Shown: positions 1 to 9,966, counted from the stretch's first letter. The stretch is DNA of 32,000 nucleotides from Candidatus Kuenenia stuttgartensis (GCF_900232105.1 NZ_LT934425.1:3660001-3692000); one strand, 5' to 3'. Program-made: numbers and translations. The notes: generated by a model from the sequence alone, not told the origin.

Positions 1-1036
1 AAACGGCAATGTCATTTAAATTATTAGAGCCAAGGCCGTAACTGCTTGCGAGTTGTATGTGGTTGTAGCAATTCACAAATGGAGGATAGGGGTAAGCCGT
101 TTCCGGTGAAAACCCCATTATTGCGGTTCCTATACTATCCACTGCAACTGCATTATCGCCTGCTACCAATACCCCTGGAGTTGCGTAAGAGATGTTTTTT
201 ACCCACGGACCCTCGCCCTTATCGATGGCAGATATGCCGTCTATAAACGCAAAATCAATCGGAAAAGCCCTTGCAATATCCACTATATTATAAGGGATTT
301 GAGTTCTTTGGTCGGGAGAGTGTACGTACTGCATGCGTGCGCCATTTCCATTTGTTCCATATTTTTGAATGGGCAACAGACCAATCATGTTTTTCAAAGA
401 CAGGGTAACTCCTGCCGAGCTGTGGACTTTTAATTTTGATACGGTGATAAGGCAATCTGTTTCGGCAATATGATTGTTCACCGCGATAGAGTTGTAAATA
501 AGCCCTCTTTCAATGTCTACATGAGTGAAATCAGGATAAGGGTCTGCCTTATTCAGATCAATCAATGTTGCTTCGAGTTGAGAGGCAATTACGTCATATC
601 CAAGCGCCGTGAATGCCTCCATTGTATTTGATGGATGTGTGGAGCCTTCAACGATAAATAATGAACCAGCGCCAAGATCAAGCAATACCTCTCCAAGCGC
701 CTTCACCACCAGCGGATTTGTAACGTACGTATCGCCAGCAGGCAGGTCGAGACAATCTTTGGTTGCAACAAGATTTATTTTAAGGGATATTTTATCCCCA
801 TACGAAAAAAAGGGATTAATCTGATACAGGCTTGCAACCATTTCCCCAATACAGTTTTTAAGCTGTTGAAAGTCGTTTTTGTCGTAAGAGGTATATTTTT
901 TAATGTATACGGAGTGTTTTTTTTGCTGAAGTCCTCCGTAACTGGTAAAAATGGTAGGAAAAGTGCTCATGGCAAATGTTCCTGCCGTTCCCTTGAGAAA
1001 ATCTCTTCTGGTATAATCCTTGCATCGTACACGCAT
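1..1036 (-). CDS. DUF362-like protein with Tat signal peptide, partial (runs off the left edge)
   Basis: Continuous minus-strand frame starting MRVRCKDYTRRDFLKGTAGTFAMSTFPTIFTSYGG (twin-arginine motif RRDFLKG), followed by KISLKLNLVATKDCLDLPAGDTYVTNPLVVKALGEVLLDLGAG and SKLKVHSSAGVTLSLKNMIGLLP, typical of DUF362. Absent from the ORF track because it is open at the edge. Confidence 0.8.
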   Translation of the reverse strand, partial: MRVRCKDYTRRDFLKGTAGTFAMSTFPTIFTSYGGLQQKKHSVYIKKYTSYDKNDFQQLKNCIGEMVASLYQINPFFSYGDKISLKINLVATKDCLDLPAGDTYVTNPLVVKALGEVLLDLGAGSLFIVEGSTHPSNTMEAFTALGYDVIASQLEATLIDLNKADPYPDFTHVDIERGLIYNSIAVNNHIAETDCLITVSKLKVHSSAGVTLSLKNMIGLLPIQKYGTNGNGARMQYVHSPDQRTQIPYNIVDIARAFPIDFAFIDGISAIDKGEGPWVKNISYATPGVLVAGDNAVAVDSIGTAIMGFSPETAYPYPPFVNCYNHIQLASSYGLGSNNLNDIAV

Positions 1037-1235
1037 ACATTTCTCTCTTTTTGGTGTTATCAGTATCTGTTTCCCGGGAAAATAACATCTCTCTGGATAC
1101 ATTGCATACGTCTCTTTGTGCTCCCCTATATCACAATGTAAATGTTTACAGATGGTGGACCATTTAAGGAAGCGCCTTAAAGATGTGGATAGGGAGAGGA
1201 TCCTTTTATTTTCGATGATTTTGCTGTACTCATGA

Positions 1236-1481
1236 TTAAGAAACACTATGTTTTAGAATATTGTAAAGCTCATCTTTTAAAGCAAGCCTGCGTTTTTTTA
1301 GTTCTTCAAGCGCAGTGTCCGACCGTGGTTCGATATCGTATTCAACACGGTACACCTTCCGATCGAGTTTGTGGTACTCATCAAAAAGTTTTTGAAAGTG
1401 TTCGTCAGACATTTTAAGGTCATGGATTTTGTCCCTAAATTCAGGAAATTCATTTGCGAGGGCATGGTGTTCGCTTTGCAT
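1236..1481 (-). CDS. YdcH/DUF465-like small protein
   Basis: 81 aa; EFRDKIHDLKMSDEHFQKLFDEYHKLDRKVYRVE...LKKRRLALKDELYNIL matches the DUF465 pattern. Confidence 0.75.
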   Translation of the reverse strand: MQSEHHALANEFPEFRDKIHDLKMSDEHFQKLFDEYHKLDRKVYRVEYDIEPRSDTALEELKKRRLALKDELYNILKHSVS

Positions 1482-1511
1482 TGTGCATCCTCTTTCTTAC
1501 GTTTTAACGAA

Positions 1512-1853
1512 TTAAGCTCGACTGGTAATTTCTATAAGGTGGTAGCCAAATTGCGTACAGATTGGTCCGTGAACTTTTCCTACTTCATCCCTGAATACTA
1601 CCTGGTCAAATTCCTTAACCATTTGCCCTGGTCCGAATTCTCCAAGATCTCCTCCCTGTTTGCCTGATGGACATTGCGAATACTGCTGGGCCATTGTTGC
1701 AAATTCTTCTCCATTTTGAATTTTTGATTTAATATCTTCGCATTCCTGTTGAGTTGAAACCAGAATATGACGCGCCCGTGCTCTTACCATGCGGTACTCC
1801 TTTCGTAGTTTAAAATGATTAATTATCTGTACTATTTCACTGAAAAATTGCAT
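1512..1853 (-). CDS. Parvulin-type peptidyl-prolyl cis-trans isomerase (PpiC-like)
   Basis: RARHILVSTQQECEDIKSKIQNGEEFATMAQQYSQCPSGKQGGDLGEFGPGQMVKEFDQVVF...ICTQFGYHLIEI is a full rotamase signature. The true start is probably the internal MVRARARH. Confidence 0.9.
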   Translation of the reverse strand: MQFFSEIVQIINHFKLRKEYRMVRARARHILVSTQQECEDIKSKIQNGEEFATMAQQYSQCPSGKQGGDLGEFGPGQMVKEFDQVVFRDEVGKVHGPICTQFGYHLIEITSRA

Positions 1854-2021
1854 AAAAGCCGAATTTTATTTCTGGCTCTCGTTCACACATGTTAGGCCAA
1901 TAATTCTTTTTCCCCGGTTAAGAGCGGTGTTGAAGAAGGCCTTCAGCAACTCCACAAGGGGGATTTATGGAGTTGTTCCACACACCACATAAACTATTCA
2001 TAAAAAATAGCAGTACAAATT

Positions 2022-2540
2022 TTAGACTATACCTGTCTTCAGGAATTTACTTACTATTTGTTTGCCAATCTCCATAATGTTAAGTTTTCCCCACGCATTC
2101 AGCTTTGACCGTTCCCTTTTAAACTCATAAACAGGAACAGAGGTTCCGCAGGAAGTCTGTGCTGAATTGATTTTAAGCAGGATAATCTGGCGTTTCCCGT
2201 GAATATGCTGAAAATGCCGGTAGTATTCGCTCCACTTCACGTCGTCTTGCCGGACCACTTCGCCTTTCCCATATAAACGAAGTATCATGGGATCTTTGTC
2301 AAAGCTGCAGAACATCATCGCCATTCTGCCATTTTCTTGTATGTTCATAGCGGTATTATTCCCACTGCCTTTCAAGTCCAGGTAAATAATCGTCTTGCGG
2401 TCTAAACACCTGAATGTATCCATGCATTTTGGAGAAATAGCAATATTGCCATTTTCAGGAGCAGTTGCAACAAAAAACATCTTCTGCCGGGAAATAAACT
2501 CTTGCAATTCCTTGTTAAGTTCATTAAAAGATTCTGACAT
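2022..2540 (-). CDS. Pyridoxamine 5'-phosphate oxidase-like FMN-binding protein
   Basis: 172 aa; KMFFVATAPENGNIAISPKCMDTFRCLDRKTIIYLDLKGSGNNTAMNIQENGRMAMMFCSF is characteristic of the family. Confidence 0.8.
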   Translation of the reverse strand: MSESFNELNKELQEFISRQKMFFVATAPENGNIAISPKCMDTFRCLDRKTIIYLDLKGSGNNTAMNIQENGRMAMMFCSFDKDPMILRLYGKGEVVRQDDVKWSEYYRHFQHIHGKRQIILLKINSAQTSCGTSVPVYEFKRERSKLNAWGKLNIMEIGKQIVSKFLKTGIV

Positions 2541-3257
2541 TTCATACCTTTATTAATGACCCTGTGGAAATTACGTTGTCAAAATTTACTTATAAGACAA
2601 TAAGGGAAATAACAATATGGGGAAATTGTCCAAACACACATCATCGTAATCCGGCGCAGGTAGTGACAGATTATCAAATAAAAATACTCGCCACGCACCT
2701 GATAATTATAACAGGCGCCTATTTTAAATGCGACATAAACGTATAGTTTTCTCTGTTGATACTCATAACCGCAAAACCCCGCTACAGAACCAATAGAGGG
2801 CATGCTTCATCCCAAACTCACATAGAGCTTATAATATGAAAACACCTAAAGAATAAAATATTTTTTCAGGTCTTTGAAATAGATAACAAAATATATCTTT
2901 ATTTTCAATGCAAAAGAATAAAGTGGCTTGCCTTGCATTTCTTTTTACAAAAGCGGAAAACATTTTATATGTAGTAAACCAATCGATGAAATATTGGTAA
3001 CTATTCAGCGTGATTTATTAAACTACCGGAGATCAGAGCGCAACTCGTTGCCAAACCTTGTACTGAACATAGTGAAGTATATGTTTGGGAACGAGCCGTG
3101 TATCGTTTACGATGAATAGTTACCCCAAATTTCAATTTTCAAATGTTCAAAACCCGTTTTTTCATTGGGATTTTGTATTTTTGAATTTGTTTCGTATTTC
3201 GTGCTTAGAATTTCGTATTTCACCATTAAATATTTTGCCGAAAAAAGAGGAAAATAC

Positions 3258-4046
3258 ATGGTTTATCTGATAATTTGCACGGTTTCACTGATAGTATCCG
3301 CCTTAACTCTCTTTTCCGGTTTTGGTTTGGGGACACTGCTTATGCCGGCCTTTGCGCTTTTTTTCCCACTGGAGGTGGCCATTGGCGCAACGGCCTTCGT
3401 CCATCTTGCAAACAATATATTTAAAGTCGTGCTGGTCGGGAAGAGGGCGGACATTCGGGTCGTACTTACATTTGCTATTCCCGCATCAGGCATGGCTATC
3501 GTCGGGGCGTTATTACTGAACTATTTCAGCGGCATGCAGCCTCTCGCCGAGTATGTGCTTGCCGGAAAAGTCTTTTCTATTACTTTTTTAAAATTGATTA
3601 TCGCCGTTCTTATTGCAATCTTTGCAATCCTCGAATTGGTGCCCTCTTTTGAAACACTCTCATTCCATCCAAAATATATTCCGCTTGGCGGGATGCTATC
3701 GGGATTCTTTGGCGGATTATCCGGACATCAGGGGGCATTGCGTACTGCATTTCTGATACGAATCGGACTGAAAAAAGAGGCGTTCATAGGGACGATGGTT
3801 GTTTCTGCAGTCGTGGTGGATGTAACGCGGCTTGCTGCTTATGGGGTCACATTCTTTTCGCAAAACATTCATGTCATTCGTGGACAGATTGGGTATGGAC
3901 TAATTGCGGCGGCTATTTTGACCGCATTTACCGGCGCATTTATCGGTTCGCGCCTCATAAAGAAAATTACTATGCGCACAATCAAACGTATTGTCGGGAT
4001 ATTATTGTTTGTGTTGGCATTCATACTGGGGACGGGGATTGTCTGA
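3258..4046 (+). CDS. TauE/SafE-family permease
   Basis: Hydrophobic multi-pass protein with GLGTLLMPAFALFFPLEVAIGATAFVHLANNIFK and GGMLSGFFGGLSGHQGALRTAFL. Start moved to MVYLIICTVS from the longer ORF at 3165. Confidence 0.85.
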   Translation: MVYLIICTVSLIVSALTLFSGFGLGTLLMPAFALFFPLEVAIGATAFVHLANNIFKVVLVGKRADIRVVLTFAIPASGMAIVGALLLNYFSGMQPLAEYVLAGKVFSITFLKLIIAVLIAIFAILELVPSFETLSFHPKYIPLGGMLSGFFGGLSGHQGALRTAFLIRIGLKKEAFIGTMVVSAVVVDVTRLAAYGVTFFSQNIHVIRGQIGYGLIAAAILTAFTGAFIGSRLIKKITMRTIKRIVGILLFVLAFILGTGIV

Positions 4047-4460
4047 TCTACATGCCCTGCTCTGTGTGAGAGGTGACCGTTTTTTGAATAATTGATGCTT
4101 TTGGCTATAGTGGGGCTTTTTTTACTATCTCCTAAGCTGGCATAGCCAGAACCAACCAGGCACGAAAATAATCCTCAGTCCTCAATCTACAACTTGCCGA
4201 CTGCCGACTGCCGACTGTAGGCTGTAGGCTGTAGACTGTAGACTGCCACAACTTATCGGGAGGTTTAGATTTTGCCGATTTATGCTGAACAAATGCCGTT
4301 TTTTTATTATACTATTTTGAAATTAAGTGCTATAAGAACGTGTAACGGTTTTCAGTCCGTAGACTGCCGATTGCCGATTGCTGATTGCAGATTGCCGACG
4401 GTAGACTGATGAAGGCACAAATTAATCGATTATTGGGAGGAGGGGAGGTTTTCATATCGT

Positions 4461-5657
4461 ATGGACATTAAAGATAAAACAAATACTGCGGGCAGTATGG
4501 ACGAAATAAAGACAAAGCAACAACTGATTGAAGAGATAAAGATATTGCGTCAAAAATTGAGTGAATACGAGACGCGGCAATTAAAAGTTGAACAGGCGGA
4601 AGAAGCCGCTGCATGGGAGGCAAAAGCTAATGCAGCGCTGGTAGATTTATCAAAGGCATTGGTAAAACCGGAAAACTCAATTGAAAGTTTGTCGGCGCTT
4701 GTTTTGGAATATGCAAAATGTCTGACAAACAGTCCTGTTGGCTATGTCGGATATATTGACAAGCAAACAAACAGCTTTGTTTCTCCTGCAATAACACCCG
4801 AAGTTTCCAAAATATTTAATATACCGGAAGGAAACATCGGGGTTGATGAATTCCAGGGGCTATGGGGATGGGTGCTTGAAAACAAAAAACCTCTTCTATC
4901 AAACGACCCGTTAAATGATGCAAGGTCGGAGGCGTCATTAAATAAGAATGCATCATTAAAGCATTTTTTATCAGCGCCTGCCATGCTCGGCGAGATAATT
5001 GTAGGGCAGATAACTGTGGGTAATGCTGCAAACGGCTATTCCGGAAAAGATATTCAGTTGTTGGAACGTATTGCAATCTTATATGCCATTGCTGTCCAGC
5101 ATCTGTGGACGCAAGAAGTGATTACACACATGGCGTATTTTGATGAAATTACGAACTTTCCCAATAGAAGGCTATTTAATGATCGCCTGTATGTGGCCAT
5201 TTCAAATGCGAACCGGTACCGGCAAAGGCTTGCAGTAATGTTTCTTGATCTCGATGGATTTAAAGAGGTTAATGATGCCTTTGGTCACCAGACAGGCGAC
5301 CAATTGCTTAGGGAAATTGCGTATAGATTAAACCAGACCGTCCGAAAATCAGATACGATTGCAAGGATGGGTGGTGATGAATTTACGGTTTTACTGACGC
5401 AGGTAGAGCATGAAAGCAATATAATAAGCGTAGCTGACAAAATACTTGAAGCGGTAAGACAGCCGGTAGTGCTCGACGGCAACACAATAAGCATTACCAT
5501 TAGCATTGGAATTGCGCAGTATCCTGATAATGGCAAAGACGTGAATACATTATTAAAAAGCGCAGACATAGCGTTATACCGTGCAAAAGAATCGGGTAAA
5601 AATAATTATCAATTTTCATCTTTTAGCGAAGATTCTCTTCGCGGTGAATGCGTCTGA
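4461..5657 (+). CDS. GAF domain plus GGDEF diguanylate cyclase-like protein
   Basis: Coiled-coil N-terminus, GAF-like middle, then RLAVMFLDLDGFKEVNDAFGHQTGDQLL and IARMGGDEFTVLL (GGDEF). Confidence 0.9.
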   Translation: MDIKDKTNTAGSMDEIKTKQQLIEEIKILRQKLSEYETRQLKVEQAEEAAAWEAKANAALVDLSKALVKPENSIESLSALVLEYAKCLTNSPVGYVGYIDKQTNSFVSPAITPEVSKIFNIPEGNIGVDEFQGLWGWVLENKKPLLSNDPLNDARSEASLNKNASLKHFLSAPAMLGEIIVGQITVGNAANGYSGKDIQLLERIAILYAIAVQHLWTQEVITHMAYFDEITNFPNRRLFNDRLYVAISNANRYRQRLAVMFLDLDGFKEVNDAFGHQTGDQLLREIAYRLNQTVRKSDTIARMGGDEFTVLLTQVEHESNIISVADKILEAVRQPVVLDGNTISITISIGIAQYPDNGKDVNTLLKSADIALYRAKESGKNNYQFSSFSEDSLRGECV

Positions 5658-5701
5658 TGCCACTCCTACAAATGCACGGTATAGCTAAAAGTATCTATTC
5701 T

Positions 5702-5853
5702 GTAACACTTTAGTTTTTTTGAAAAATTCAAATAATAACGATGTTTCGCCGCACGATGTAGGGGCGAAGCATTTGCTATAACCGGCACACATGCGTTTAT
5801 AACCAAACATACTAATGCTTCGCCCCTACGTTTTCAAAAAATTAAATTCTTAC
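5702..5853. mobile_element. MITE-like palindromic element with IS66-like termini
   Basis: GTAACACTTTAGTTTTTTTGAAAAATT at the left and TTCAAAAAATTAAATTCTTAC at the right, with an internal inverted pair GTAGGGGCGAAGCATT ... AATGCTTCGCCCCTAC. Confidence 0.55.
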
Positions 5854-5965
5854 TATATTTTCAGACAATTTAATATAGCATTTTAATATCGACCCGCCTG
5901 TGCGTTGCATCTCTCTGCGTGCGATTACGCACAGAATGATAACCATAAATAGAAGGGAGACGTCT

Positions 5966-7465
5966 ATGAAAAAGATATCTATTTGTGCATTGCTTTTATT
6001 TTCAGTTTTTCTTCTTACTTCAAAAATATATGCTATTGGCAAATCACAACATGATTTGCCGTATGCGGTGAGCGAACAGACAAAGATATGTATATTATGT
6101 CATAAAAACGTGACACCAGGCATTGTGGAAGACTGGAAAACAAGCAGGCACTCGAAAATAACTCCAGAAATCGCCCTTAAAAAAACGGCATTAGAGAGAA
6201 GGGTTTCGAGCCAAACAATACCGGAAGACATTCGTCCGGTTGTCGTTGGATGTTATGAATGCCATAGTCAGAATATTTCACAACACAAGGACAGTTTTGA
6301 GCATTTCGGGTTTTGGATCAATGTAATTGTATCTCCAAACGATTGCAGGACATGCCATGCAGTAGAGGTAGAACAATTCTCCGGCAGCAAGAAAGCATAC
6401 GCGTTGGATAATCTGCGGGAAAACCCCGTTTACCAAAAATTTGTTGATGCGATTCCGGGTATAAAAGAAGTAGGCGATAAATCAATACGATGTTTAATCC
6501 CATCGGAAAATTCAAGACGGGAAACATGCTATGCGTGCCATGGCACTGAAATAACAGTGGATGGCATGAAAGAAATACAAACAAACACTGGAAGCATTGA
6601 AGTTCCCAACCTGCAGAATTGGCCTAATCAGGGCGTAGGAAGGATTAATCCCGACGGGAGTCGCGGCGCCTGTACGGCATGCCACCCAAGACATAGTTTC
6701 TCCATTGAAATAGCAAGAAAACCATATACATGTTCACAATGCCACCTCGAACCGGATATACCGGCGTATGAAGTGTACTGTGAGAGTAAACATGGAAACA
6801 TATTTCTTACAAAACAGGATACGTGGAATTGGAACAACGTTCCATGGAAGGTTGGCAAAGATTTTCAAGCCCCTACCTGTGCAGCATGCCACAATAGTTT
6901 GCTTGTCACACCCGAAGGGAAGGAAGTTGTATCCCGCACGCATGATTTTGGCTCACGTTTATGGGTCAGGATATTTGGTCTTATTTATTCTCACCCCCAA
7001 CCTAAAAACGGGAAAACATATGAAATAGAAAATAAAGATGGTTTGCCTTTGCCTGTGACATTTATGAATGAACCGGCTGTGGAATATTTGATTGATGAAG
7101 AGGAACAATTACTGCGGAAAAAAGAAATGAAAAAAGTATGCAATAGCTGCCATAGCACCGACTGGGTTATGGGCCACTTTGAAAAACTCGATACAACAAT
7201 AATAGAAACCGACACTATGGTTTTAAATACGACAAATCTTATGAAAAACATGTGGGATAACGGTTTTGCAGACGCATCGAATCCGTTTGATGAATTGATC
7301 GAATTGTTGTGGGTAAAAGAATGGTTCTTTTATGCAAATTCAATACGGTTTGCATCTGCCATGATAGGCGCAGACCATGCTACTTTTAAAAATGGATGGT
7401 GGCAGTTGACGGAGAATTTTCACGAAATATATGAATATTCAAAGAAATGCGAATCCGGACATTGA
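5966..7465 (+). CDS. Secreted octaheme cytochrome c, HAO-like
   Basis: Signal peptide MKKISICALLLFSVFLLTSKIYA and eight CxxCH motifs (CILCH, CYECH, CRTCH, CYACH, CTACH, CSQCH, CAACH, CNSCH). Confidence 0.85.
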   Translation: MKKISICALLLFSVFLLTSKIYAIGKSQHDLPYAVSEQTKICILCHKNVTPGIVEDWKTSRHSKITPEIALKKTALERRVSSQTIPEDIRPVVVGCYECHSQNISQHKDSFEHFGFWINVIVSPNDCRTCHAVEVEQFSGSKKAYALDNLRENPVYQKFVDAIPGIKEVGDKSIRCLIPSENSRRETCYACHGTEITVDGMKEIQTNTGSIEVPNLQNWPNQGVGRINPDGSRGACTACHPRHSFSIEIARKPYTCSQCHLEPDIPAYEVYCESKHGNIFLTKQDTWNWNNVPWKVGKDFQAPTCAACHNSLLVTPEGKEVVSRTHDFGSRLWVRIFGLIYSHPQPKNGKTYEIENKDGLPLPVTFMNEPAVEYLIDEEEQLLRKKEMKKVCNSCHSTDWVMGHFEKLDTTIIETDTMVLNTTNLMKNMWDNGFADASNPFDELIELLWVKEWFFYANSIRFASAMIGADHATFKNGWWQLTENFHEIYEYSKKCESGH

Positions 7466-7584
7466 GCGACAAATCCGGCATGCTGAATGTTCATAACCGT
7501 AACGGCATTTGATGTACGATTTACGATGTACGAAGTACGATTTAAAAATCGTAAATCGTAAATAGTAAATCTAAAATCGTACAT
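7287..7584. repeat. Direct repeat, copy 1 (3' end of the octaheme gene plus downstream)
   Basis: Near-identical to 8340-8632, including GAGTTGATCGAATTGTTGTGGGTAAAAGAATGG and the downstream TACGATTTAAAAATCGTAAAT tract. Confidence 0.9.
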
Positions 7585-7788
7585 CGTTTGAGTCCAAGAT
7601 GTATGCAAAGTAAGTCTTGCATGAATTATATTGAACCCCAAATGGTATATAATGCAATTGAAAACATTTTGAAATAAAATATGTGTAAAGAAGGGGTTTG
7701 AAAGACAGAAACTCGCATTTGTATCAGAGAAAGAAGTCGGAATTAAATATTTGGGTATTATTAGACTTTTAAACAGGAGGCGTAATCA

Positions 7789-7989
7789 ATGAATATTGAA
7801 TTAGAACGGGAGGAAGATGGTCGCTGGATAGCTGAAATTAAGCAATTGCCCGGAGTTGTGGTTTATGGAAGTAACCGGGAAGATGCTATTTCTAAAGTGG
7901 AAGTTTTGGCGCTTCGCGTGATGGCTGATCGGGTTGAACACGGCGATCAAATCCCCGAACTTGACGCACTTTTTGTGGCACCTGTATGA
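7789..7989 (+). CDS. hicB: HicB-like antitoxin
   Basis: MNIELEREEDGRWIAEIKQLPGVVVYGSNREDAISKVEVLALRVMADRVE; overlaps the next ORF by 4 nt. Confidence 0.8.
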   Translation: MNIELEREEDGRWIAEIKQLPGVVVYGSNREDAISKVEVLALRVMADRVEHGDQIPELDALFVAPV

Positions 7990-8204
7990 GTCAATGGCCT
8001 TCTAAAAAAGCTCGCCTTGTCCTGAGGGCGTTAATGAGACTCGGATGGAATATTAAGCGACATGACAAAACATCTCATAGGGTTCTGGAGAGGGAAGGAT
8101 GGCCTGATTATGTTTTTGCCTTTCATGACAAAGAAGAAATTGGCCCTCGTATGCTTGCGAGAATTTCAAAGCATACAGGACTAACTCCAAACGACCTTTC
8201 ATAA
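7986..8204 (+). CDS. hicA: HicA-like mRNA interferase toxin
   Basis: ALMRLGWNIKRHDKTSHRVLEREGWPDYVFAFHDKEEIGPRMLARISKHTGLTPNDL. Confidence 0.8.
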   Translation: MSQWPSKKARLVLRALMRLGWNIKRHDKTSHRVLEREGWPDYVFAFHDKEEIGPRMLARISKHTGLTPNDLS

Positions 8205-8259
8205 AGCACAAATTTTGCAATTTGATATTAATTTGATGAAAAATCTATGGATAAATATA

Positions 8260-8330
8260 GGAAATATAGGGACATTTCCCTTATTGATTGATTGATCTGG
8301 GGAAAATAAGGGAAGTGTCCCTATATTTCC
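8260..8330. repeat. REP-like hairpin repeat, copy A
   Basis: GGAAATATAGGGACATTTCCC ... GGGAAGTGTCCCTATATTTCC; long imperfect inverted repeat. Confidence 0.8.
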
Positions 8331-8339
8331 ATATTTCCA

Positions 8340-8632
8340 TTTGATGAGTTGATCGAATTGTTGTGGGTAAAAGAATGGTTCTTTTATGCAAATTCAATAC
8401 GGTTTGCGTCTGCCATGATAGGCGCAGACCATGCTACTTTTAAAAATGGATGGTGGCAGTTGACGAAGAATTTTCACGAAATATATGAATATTCAAAAAA
8501 ATGCGAATCCGGGCATTGAGCGACAAATCCGGCACGCCGAAATGTTCATAACCGTAATGGCATTTGATGTATGATTTACGATGTACGAAGTACGATTTAA
8601 AAATCGTAAATTGTAAATCTAAAATCGTACAT
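8340..8632 (+). pseudogene. Duplicated C-terminal fragment of the octaheme gene (direct repeat copy 2)
   Basis: Encodes DELIELLWVKEWFFYANSIRFASAMIGADHATFKNGWWQLTKNFHEIYEYSKKCESGH*, the same tail as 5966-7465, with no N-terminal part. Confidence 0.85.
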
Positions 8633-8655
8633 TGAAAACGGAAACGTTGGGAGAA

Positions 8656-8722
8656 TTATGGACATATCCCATATTTCTTGCTTGATATGGTGGGAAAATA
8701 AGGGAAGTGTCCCTGTATTTCC
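8656..8722. repeat. REP-like hairpin repeat, copy B
   Basis: GGACATATCCCATATTTCTTGCTTGATATGGTGGGAAAATAAGGGAAGTGTCCC. Confidence 0.7.
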
Positions 8723-8808
8723 TGTAAGAAGCATAGACCGGATAGTCCGACACGCAGAATATTGACAATGGGCATTTTGTCCATATTTTCTACAATTCTC
8801 TCTTCTAT

Positions 8809-8870
8809 GGCTAACGTTGAGCTAAGCTACCGCGTGTCTTTTTGCGGTTAGCTTAAGTGACTGGTTATGT
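8809..8870 (-). other. attC-like integron recombination site
   Basis: Minus strand: ACATAAC-CAGTCACTT-AAGCTA-A-CCGC-AAAAAGACAC-GCGG-TAGCTT-AGCTCAAC-GTTAGCC. Stem AAGCTA(A)CCGC/GCGGTAGCTT; R'' and R' boxes present. Confidence 0.85.
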
Positions 8871-8873
8871 GTA

Positions 8874-9203
8874 TTATTTGCTTAATTTTGCACTGGCAAG
8901 GCGGTTTATACTGACTCCTGCTTCTGCGGCTTGTATCGCAAGTTTTCTATGTTCTTCTGGTGGAACTCGCACCATAAACTTACCGCTATAAGTTCTATTA
9001 GCAATTGGCTCTGGTATTTCCTCACCGTTTCTTTTCATATCATCTATTACATCAGCAATAACTTTGCGTATGCCTCTTAATGCTCCCTCAGGAGTTTTTG
9101 CAAGCCAGCTTAAGCCTGGAAATTCTGCACATAATCCTACATATTCATTGTCGTCTGCCGACCATGTAACACGATAAGTATAATGATCATTTTTCAGTGC
9201 CAT
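8874..9203 (-). CDS. hicB: HicB-family antitoxin (cassette-borne)
   Basis: YRVTWSADDNEYVGLCAEFPGLSWLAKTPEGALRGIRKVI...FMVRVPPEEHRKLAIQAAEAGVSINRLASAKL: HicB fold plus C-terminal HicB/Arc-like DNA-binding motif. Confidence 0.85.
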   Translation of the reverse strand: MALKNDHYTYRVTWSADDNEYVGLCAEFPGLSWLAKTPEGALRGIRKVIADVIDDMKRNGEEIPEPIANRTYSGKFMVRVPPEEHRKLAIQAAEAGVSINRLASAKLSK

Positions 9204-9529
9204 AATTTATCTCCAATCTCCAATCTTTCAACGGCCATAAGCACTTGTTTCACTTGATATGCTTTAGCCTTTCCTTTATTATTCTGTATATTTATCCGCG
9301 GGTTATCCAGCCATGGTGTTTTATATACTCGATGACTGCTTCCCCTTTGAAGTGCGTCTCCAAAATAATTATCACAAACTGCGCAAAGATCATTGAATCT
9401 TACATTATTAGGGCTTTGGCGCATCTGTTCTAAAATATCTTTTATCTTGCTCCATTTTAAGATAGTATCATTAATGATATCATTGTCAAGGCTAGAATGT
9501 GATTGGGCATTTATATTGTTTTGACACAT
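9194..9529 (-). CDS. HicA-related toxin (cassette-borne)
   Basis: NNVRFNDLCAVCDNYFGDALQRGSSHRVYKTPWLDNPRINIQNNKGKAKAYQVKQVL matches HicA-like toxins paired with this HicB type. The true start may be downstream of 9529. Confidence 0.75.
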   Translation of the reverse strand: MCQNNINAQSHSSLDNDIINDTILKWSKIKDILEQMRQSPNNVRFNDLCAVCDNYFGDALQRGSSHRVYKTPWLDNPRINIQNNKGKAKAYQVKQVLMAVERLEIGDKLWH

Positions 9530-9585
9530 AACGCCGAACTAAGCGCCGGCTGGTTTTTGCCGTCCGCTTGAGCGACTTGTTACGC
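9526..9585 (-). other. attC-like integron recombination site
   Basis: Minus strand: GCGTAAC-AAGTCGCTC-AAGCGGACGGC-AAAAACCA-GCCGGCGCTT-AGTTCGGC-GTTATGT. Confidence 0.85.
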
Positions 9586-9594
9586 GGCTGATTG

Positions 9595-9900
9595 TCATTT
9601 GATGTTGGCAGTTATTCGCCGTTTAGATGGAATAATCTCGATCAATGATCTAAGTGCTTTGTTGACCGCTTCCGAATCAGGAAAATATTTTTTTACGTCC
9701 GGCGCCAACAGAACTGCTCCATCTTCAAGCTTAAAATACTGTACTGAGATAGTGCCATCAGCCTGATGTATCTCAACTTTATGACCCGAACGATACGCTT
9801 TGTAGTGTTTTCCCCGTACCGCTCTTTTCATACTGGGAAAATCGTATTCCGACCTCATATCTTCTTCCCTCAACGAGCCTTTAGTGGATACCTTCTTCAT
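9595..9900 (-). CDS. Small protein, possible antitoxin-like component
   Basis: 101 aa; begins ...MRSEYDFPSMKRAVRGKHYKAYRSGHKVEIHQADGT and ends YFPDSEAVNKALRSLIEII; adjoins the attC at 9526-9585. Confidence 0.4.
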   Translation of the reverse strand: MKKVSTKGSLREEDMRSEYDFPSMKRAVRGKHYKAYRSGHKVEIHQADGTISVQYFKLEDGAVLLAPDVKKYFPDSEAVNKALRSLIEIIPSKRRITANIK

Positions 9901-9966
9901 AAAATCTTCTTTCGCGTGCTGTTGCCTTTCTGCAATTGATAATACGTATTTTATCCTTTCGTTCCG

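Noticed and set aside
866-1141. 91-aa plus-strand ORF and the overlapping 62-aa minus ORF at 900-1088
   Set aside because: Both overlap the N-terminus of the DUF362-like gene, whose Tat signal is in a third frame; neither looks like a real protein.
4170-4420. Short tandem-like repeats (GACTGCCGACTGCC / TGTAGGCTGTAGAC), also at 23650-23725 (CTACTGCC) and 7510-7590
   Set aside because: Considered as CRISPR or attC remnants, but there is no repeat-spacer periodicity and no attC core boxes; treated as simple degenerate intergenic repeats.
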